This document shows, piece by piece, positions 61,420 to 64,000 of a stretch of DNA of 64,000 bases. The position numbers and the translations under genes are program-made. Numbering within the stretch: the stretch's first letter is position 1; the number at the start of each line of letters is the position of its first letter. Source of the stretch: Bacilli bacterium (GTDB taxonomy: Bacteria; Bacillota_I; Bacilli_A; RF39; UBA660). The DNA is taken from positions 70,856 to 134,855 of the forward strand of contig CAAGPL010000045.1 of the NCBI GenBank assembly GCA_900771805.1. Reading direction: 5' to 3'. The notes beneath the pieces are model-generated. The model did not search any database and had not been told where the DNA came from. It saw only the letters and a program-made list of their open reading frames with translations.

Positions 61420-61527
61420 ATTTTACTATTTTTTTGTAAAAATGTCTACTAGTATAAACAATTTTATAACTGATTTCAAACTATATCGTTTATACTAGTA
61501 GACAATTTAAGATATTTTTGATAAAAT
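61420..61527. promoter_or_regulatory. Mirror-symmetric divergent promoter/operator switch
   Basis: The 17-bp inverted repeats TGTCTACTAGTATAAAC (61443-59) and GTTTATACTAGTAGACA (61488-504) each supply a TAGACA -35. Each -35 is followed by a 17-nt spacer and a TAAAAT -10 (61522-27 on plus, 61420-25 on minus). Confidence 0.65.
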
Positions 61528-61638
61528 ATTTTCTATATAACGTAGTTATATTTTAGCAGTAGGAGGTTGTGCAATATGACATATATGATTAGGGTGATGT
61601 TTTCATCCTGACTTATAGTAAGGAAGGCAGGTGAAATT

Positions 61639-61854
61639 TTGTATAGACGACAGTCTTCAGTAGGACAAGTGAAAAGTATTAAAATTCTCGTAGTAGAAGG
61701 TGAGAAAGATTTTACTTTATCTACCCAATTGGATGATGAATCTACGATTCGGATATTAGAGGTGTGTCTAAATAAACTTAGGGATAAGACATCACTAAAT
61801 GTAGTGCCAATTATGGGAAAGGAAAGTATATATGATCAAAGAAAAAAGAAATGA
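61639..61854 (+). CDS. Hypothetical 71-aa protein (TTG start)
   Basis: First ORF of the rightward operon; AAGGAAGGCAGGTG SD-like sequence upstream. Confidence 0.45.
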   Translation: MYRRQSSVGQVKSIKILVVEGEKDFTLSTQLDDESTIRILEVCLNKLRDKTSLNVVPIMGKESIYDQRKKK

Positions 61855-62131
61855 AGTAGAAGTAGTTTTAGCAGTAGTAAATGAATATCTAAATGAGGGA
61901 AAAGATATTCCTTGTGAAGTAATGAAATACGTTGTACAAGAATTAAACAAGTTAGAGGAAAATTACAATAAAACTATTAATGATTTAATGAATTGTAATT
62001 CTTTGGTAGTAAAAATGGAACAATTATTTAATTTAATTGGTACTATCGGTACTATTTCAATTGAAGACGAAGACAAACTGGATAAAACATTATTTAATTT
62101 AGAAAATTATGTTAAATCTATTAAGGATTGA
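61832..62131 (+). CDS. Hypothetical 99-aa acidic coiled-coil protein
   Basis: ORF overlapping the previous one; followed by the hairpin 62143-62165. Confidence 0.55.
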   Translation: MIKEKRNEVEVVLAVVNEYLNEGKDIPCEVMKYVVQELNKLEENYNKTINDLMNCNSLVVKMEQLFNLIGTIGTISIEDEDKLDKTLFNLENYVKSIKD

Positions 62132-62198
62132 AATGAGTATCGGCTGTATAGAAAAACTATACAGCAATTTATTTGAATATAATTTTTTTAATAGGGTA

Positions 62199-62227
62199 TT
62201 GACTTTTATAAAAATAAAGGTTATTAT
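62199..62227 (+). promoter_or_regulatory. Promoter of the MazF-containing operon
   Basis: TTGACT (62199-204), a 17-nt spacer, then TATTAT (62222-27). Confidence 0.6.
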
Positions 62228-62240
62228 TTTAATAGAAAGT

Positions 62241-62381
62241 GTTTACTAGTGTAAACGACTTTGGAAGTAGCTTGGAGGTGGTGTGGTATAATGCTGAAAG
62301 TAATTTGAAGTGTTTTTATGTAGTAAATTTCTAGTAGTATATATTTTATTTTTTTTAATCATATCGTTTACTAGTGTAAAC
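62241..62381. repeat. Two identical 16-mers, GTTTACTAGTGTAAAC (operator-like)
   Basis: Exact copies at 62241-56 (just downstream of the predicted TSS) and 62366-81 (just upstream of the 62406 ORF). Each has GTTTAC/GTAAAC inverted arms. Confidence 0.6.
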
Positions 62382-62405
62382 ATTATATTAAAAAAGTAAA
62401 GTGAG

Positions 62406-62594
62406 GTGATAGTGATTTTTAAAGAAAAAGAAAGGTATCGTATTTATAATGCATTATCTGAAGATCACGGCTATTTTCTTACCATCATTAAGATTTGTAA
62501 TAATACTATTTATTACTTGTTTGATGGTATTGATGAGGTTAAATGTTTTGATGTCAGAAGTAACTTTGCAGTAGATTTAATAAAGGTAGTTTAA
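62406..62594 (+). CDS. Hypothetical 62-aa protein
   Basis: ORF with a GTGAGGTGA SD; GTG start. Confidence 0.5.
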   Translation: MIVIFKEKERYRIYNALSEDHGYFLTIIKICNNTIYYLFDGIDEVKCFDVRSNFAVDLIKVV

Positions 62595-62612
62595 ATTTAG
62601 TTCATCAGTTTT

Positions 62613-62897
62613 ATGGGAGGAGCAACTGTTATGAGATTTTCTAATGATAATACTGTCATTCCTAAATGGATTTTGTATCATCTGAGAAAGTATGGGAACT
62701 GTTGCTGTGGTAGAGAAATAGTAAAAAAATTAGGAAGGGAAAAGATTTTACAATTATTAAGAAAAGAGGGGTATCCTTGTATATTACGTATTGTATATGA
62801 TGATATGTTTCATAAACCCAGAAGAAAAGTAAAATATCCTCGTGATGCTTATTATATTTTAGAGATTGAATGTGTAGTTAAGAGTTATTTTATATGA
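62613..62897 (+). CDS. Hypothetical 94-aa Cys-containing basic protein, translationally coupled to mazF (candidate antitoxin)
   Basis: GGGAGGAG SD; its stop overlaps the MazF start (ATGA); no MazE/AbrB or RHH motif recognised. Confidence 0.55.
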   Translation: MGGATVMRFSNDNTVIPKWILYHLRKYGNCCCGREIVKKLGREKILQLLRKEGYPCILRIVYDDMFHKPRRKVKYPRDAYYILEIECVVKSYFI

Positions 62898-63244
62898 ATG
62901 AAATTAGAAGAGGAAAGGTATATGATGTAGAATTAAAAAATATATCATCACATGTTCAATTCGGAAGACGTCCATGTTTGGTTGTTCAAAATAATTTAGG
63001 AAATACATTTTCTCCTACAATCATTGTTGTCCCATTAACAACTAAACTCAAAAAAACACATTTACCTGTTCATGTTATAACTGCTAAAAATCAAATGGCA
63101 TTATGCGAGTGCGTTTTAACTATTTCAAAGGAGCAAATAATTTCTTATATTAAAACTTTAGATGAGAAAACTATGAAACTAATAGACAGAGCTTTATCCA
63201 TTTCGTTAGAATTAGAAAAGGAGGGAACAGTATTAAAAAAGTAA
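62894..63244 (+). CDS. mazF: PemK/MazF-family type II toxin (endoribonuclease)
   Basis: RGKVYDVEL...GRRPCLVVQNNLGNTFSPTIIVVPLTT matches the MazF/PemK core. Confidence 0.8.
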   Translation: MNEIRRGKVYDVELKNISSHVQFGRRPCLVVQNNLGNTFSPTIIVVPLTTKLKKTHLPVHVITAKNQMALCECVLTISKEQIISYIKTLDEKTMKLIDRALSISLELEKEGTVLKK

Positions 63245-63261
63245 AACAAATTTATGAAGAT

Positions 63262-63813
63262 TTGTGTAGTGAAAGTTCTGAGAAGTATTGGTGTGACGAA
63301 GGAAATAATAAAAGAATGAGAAGTTATTATAAGTTATCTAAAATATTAAAAGTAATCAAATACTTATTAATATTAGGGTTAATACTTTATTTTATAATAT
63401 TAGCAACAAATAGTATCTTCTGCTTATTTGATAAATATATCTGTTGTGAAAAAGAACTAACATTGTTAAGTTATGTTGATTTTAAAAAGTTTATTTTAGA
63501 TATTTATATTGTCACTTTTATTATAACTTTATTTGTAGTTCTATATTTAAGTAGAAAACAAAGATATTCATTAAATAAAATTTTTTGTATTTTGGTGAGT
63601 GGTTTGTTATTTCTACCTGTTAGTGCATTGTTAATTTATAACTTTGTAGAGTTAAAAAGTTTAATGAGTAGTTTTTATTTATTAGTAGTATTTAGTGTTT
63701 TAATGATTATAATCAATCAATTAACAAACAGAATTGATAGATTATATGATATAGCAGTAGGTAGTAATGAAATAAAAGAAAAGAAAGGAAAGAAAATATG
63801 CAAGGAAAAGTAA
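63262..63813 (+). CDS. Hypothetical four-TM membrane protein
   Basis: 183-aa ORF with hydrophobic helices; TTG start in the track, so the true start is uncertain. Confidence 0.5.
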   Translation: MCSESSEKYWCDEGNNKRMRSYYKLSKILKVIKYLLILGLILYFIILATNSIFCLFDKYICCEKELTLLSYVDFKKFILDIYIVTFIITLFVVLYLSRKQRYSLNKIFCILVSGLLFLPVSALLIYNFVELKSLMSSFYLLVVFSVLMIIINQLTNRIDRLYDIAVGSNEIKEKKGKKICKEK

Positions 63814-64000
63814 AATGGTTTAGCAGTGAGAAAGGATATGGATTCATATCATCAAGTGAAAAGGAGCAAGATATATATGTTCATTTTTCAGATATTGTGA
63901 TGAAAGGATTTAAAACATTAGATGAAAATGATATAGTAGAATTTGATTATGATGAAGAGATGAATAAAGCAGTAAATGTTCACAAAATCTCAGTTTCTGA
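63798..64000 (+). CDS. csp: Second cold-shock protein, element-borne (3' end at the window edge)
   Basis: My translation: [54 protein letters not shown]...; overlaps the end of the previous ORF. Confidence 0.8.
   Translation, partial: MQGKVKWFSSEKGYGFISSSEKEQDIYVHFSDIVMKGFKTLDENDIVEFDYDEEMNKAVNVHKISVS

Larger units (their letters stand above)
58500..64000 (+). mobile_element. Integrated element (IME/ICE/satellite-like) starting directly after secA; right end outside the window
   Basis: Tyrosine integrase with arm-site repeats, a Rep-like gene, a divergent XRE switch, a MazF toxin and small unknown ORFs. Housekeeping synteny stops at the secA stop codon. Confidence 0.7.

Noticed and set aside
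61576-61611. 11-codon mini-ORF (MTYMIRVMFSS) with a strong AGGAGG SD upstream of the rightward operon; possible leader peptide.
   Set aside because: It is too short to evaluate, and no obvious alternative terminator/antiterminator structures were found around it. It is worth remembering if ribosome profiling becomes available.
1-64000. CRISPR arrays, rRNA or tRNA genes, riboswitches or T-boxes, restriction-modification or other recognisable defence operons.
   Set aside because: None was recognised on visual reading of the intergenic regions, all of which are under 460 bp. A covariance-model or HMM scan would be needed to exclude small RNAs definitively.

Overview
Very AT-rich low-GC Firmicute chromosome (GC not computed), centred on the replication origin. 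All family calls come from motifs read in the supplied translations; no search was run.

Core layout: dnaA is at 38798..40147, with DnaA-box clusters on both sides, and gene orientation flips there.
- Left arm, all minus strand: dnaA-dnaN-comK-recF-gyrB-gyrA-SRP RNA-tadA-dnaX-ybaB-recR-bofA-holB-ricT-yabB-pth-mfd-spoVT-tatD-3D protein-rsmA-yabG'.
- Right arm, mostly plus strand: rpmH-rnpA-yidC-jag-mnmE-mnmG-rsmG-(Asn-rich protein)-rpiB-ywzB-spoIID-spoIIQ-like-mreB-agr locus-csp-hpf-secA.
- spoVT, bofA, spoIID, a spoIIQ-like gene and yabG point to a spore-former lineage.

Two mobile elements flank this core:
1. About 18 kb of an integrative conjugative element (1..~18045). It carries a Gram-positive T4SS, relaxase/MobC, Toprim primase, SSB, sortase plus thioester adhesin, and ParAB. 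Its right end cuts yabG after about 105 codons.
2. A tyrosine-integrase element starting right after secA (58500..64000+). It has an arm-type repeat array, a Rep-like gene, a mirror-symmetric XRE switch, a MazF module and a second csp.

Most notable observations:
- The ICE splits the sporulation gene yabG, so it may be a skin-like intervening element.
- Five perfect parS palindromes lie within 1.8 kb around SRP RNA/tadA/dnaX, while the usual noc-soj-spo0J slot after rsmG is empty.
- An unlisted 41-aa agrD completes an agr quorum-sensing locus.
- comK sits between dnaN and recF, with a consensus DnaA box in front of it.

No CRISPR array, rRNA or tRNA was seen.
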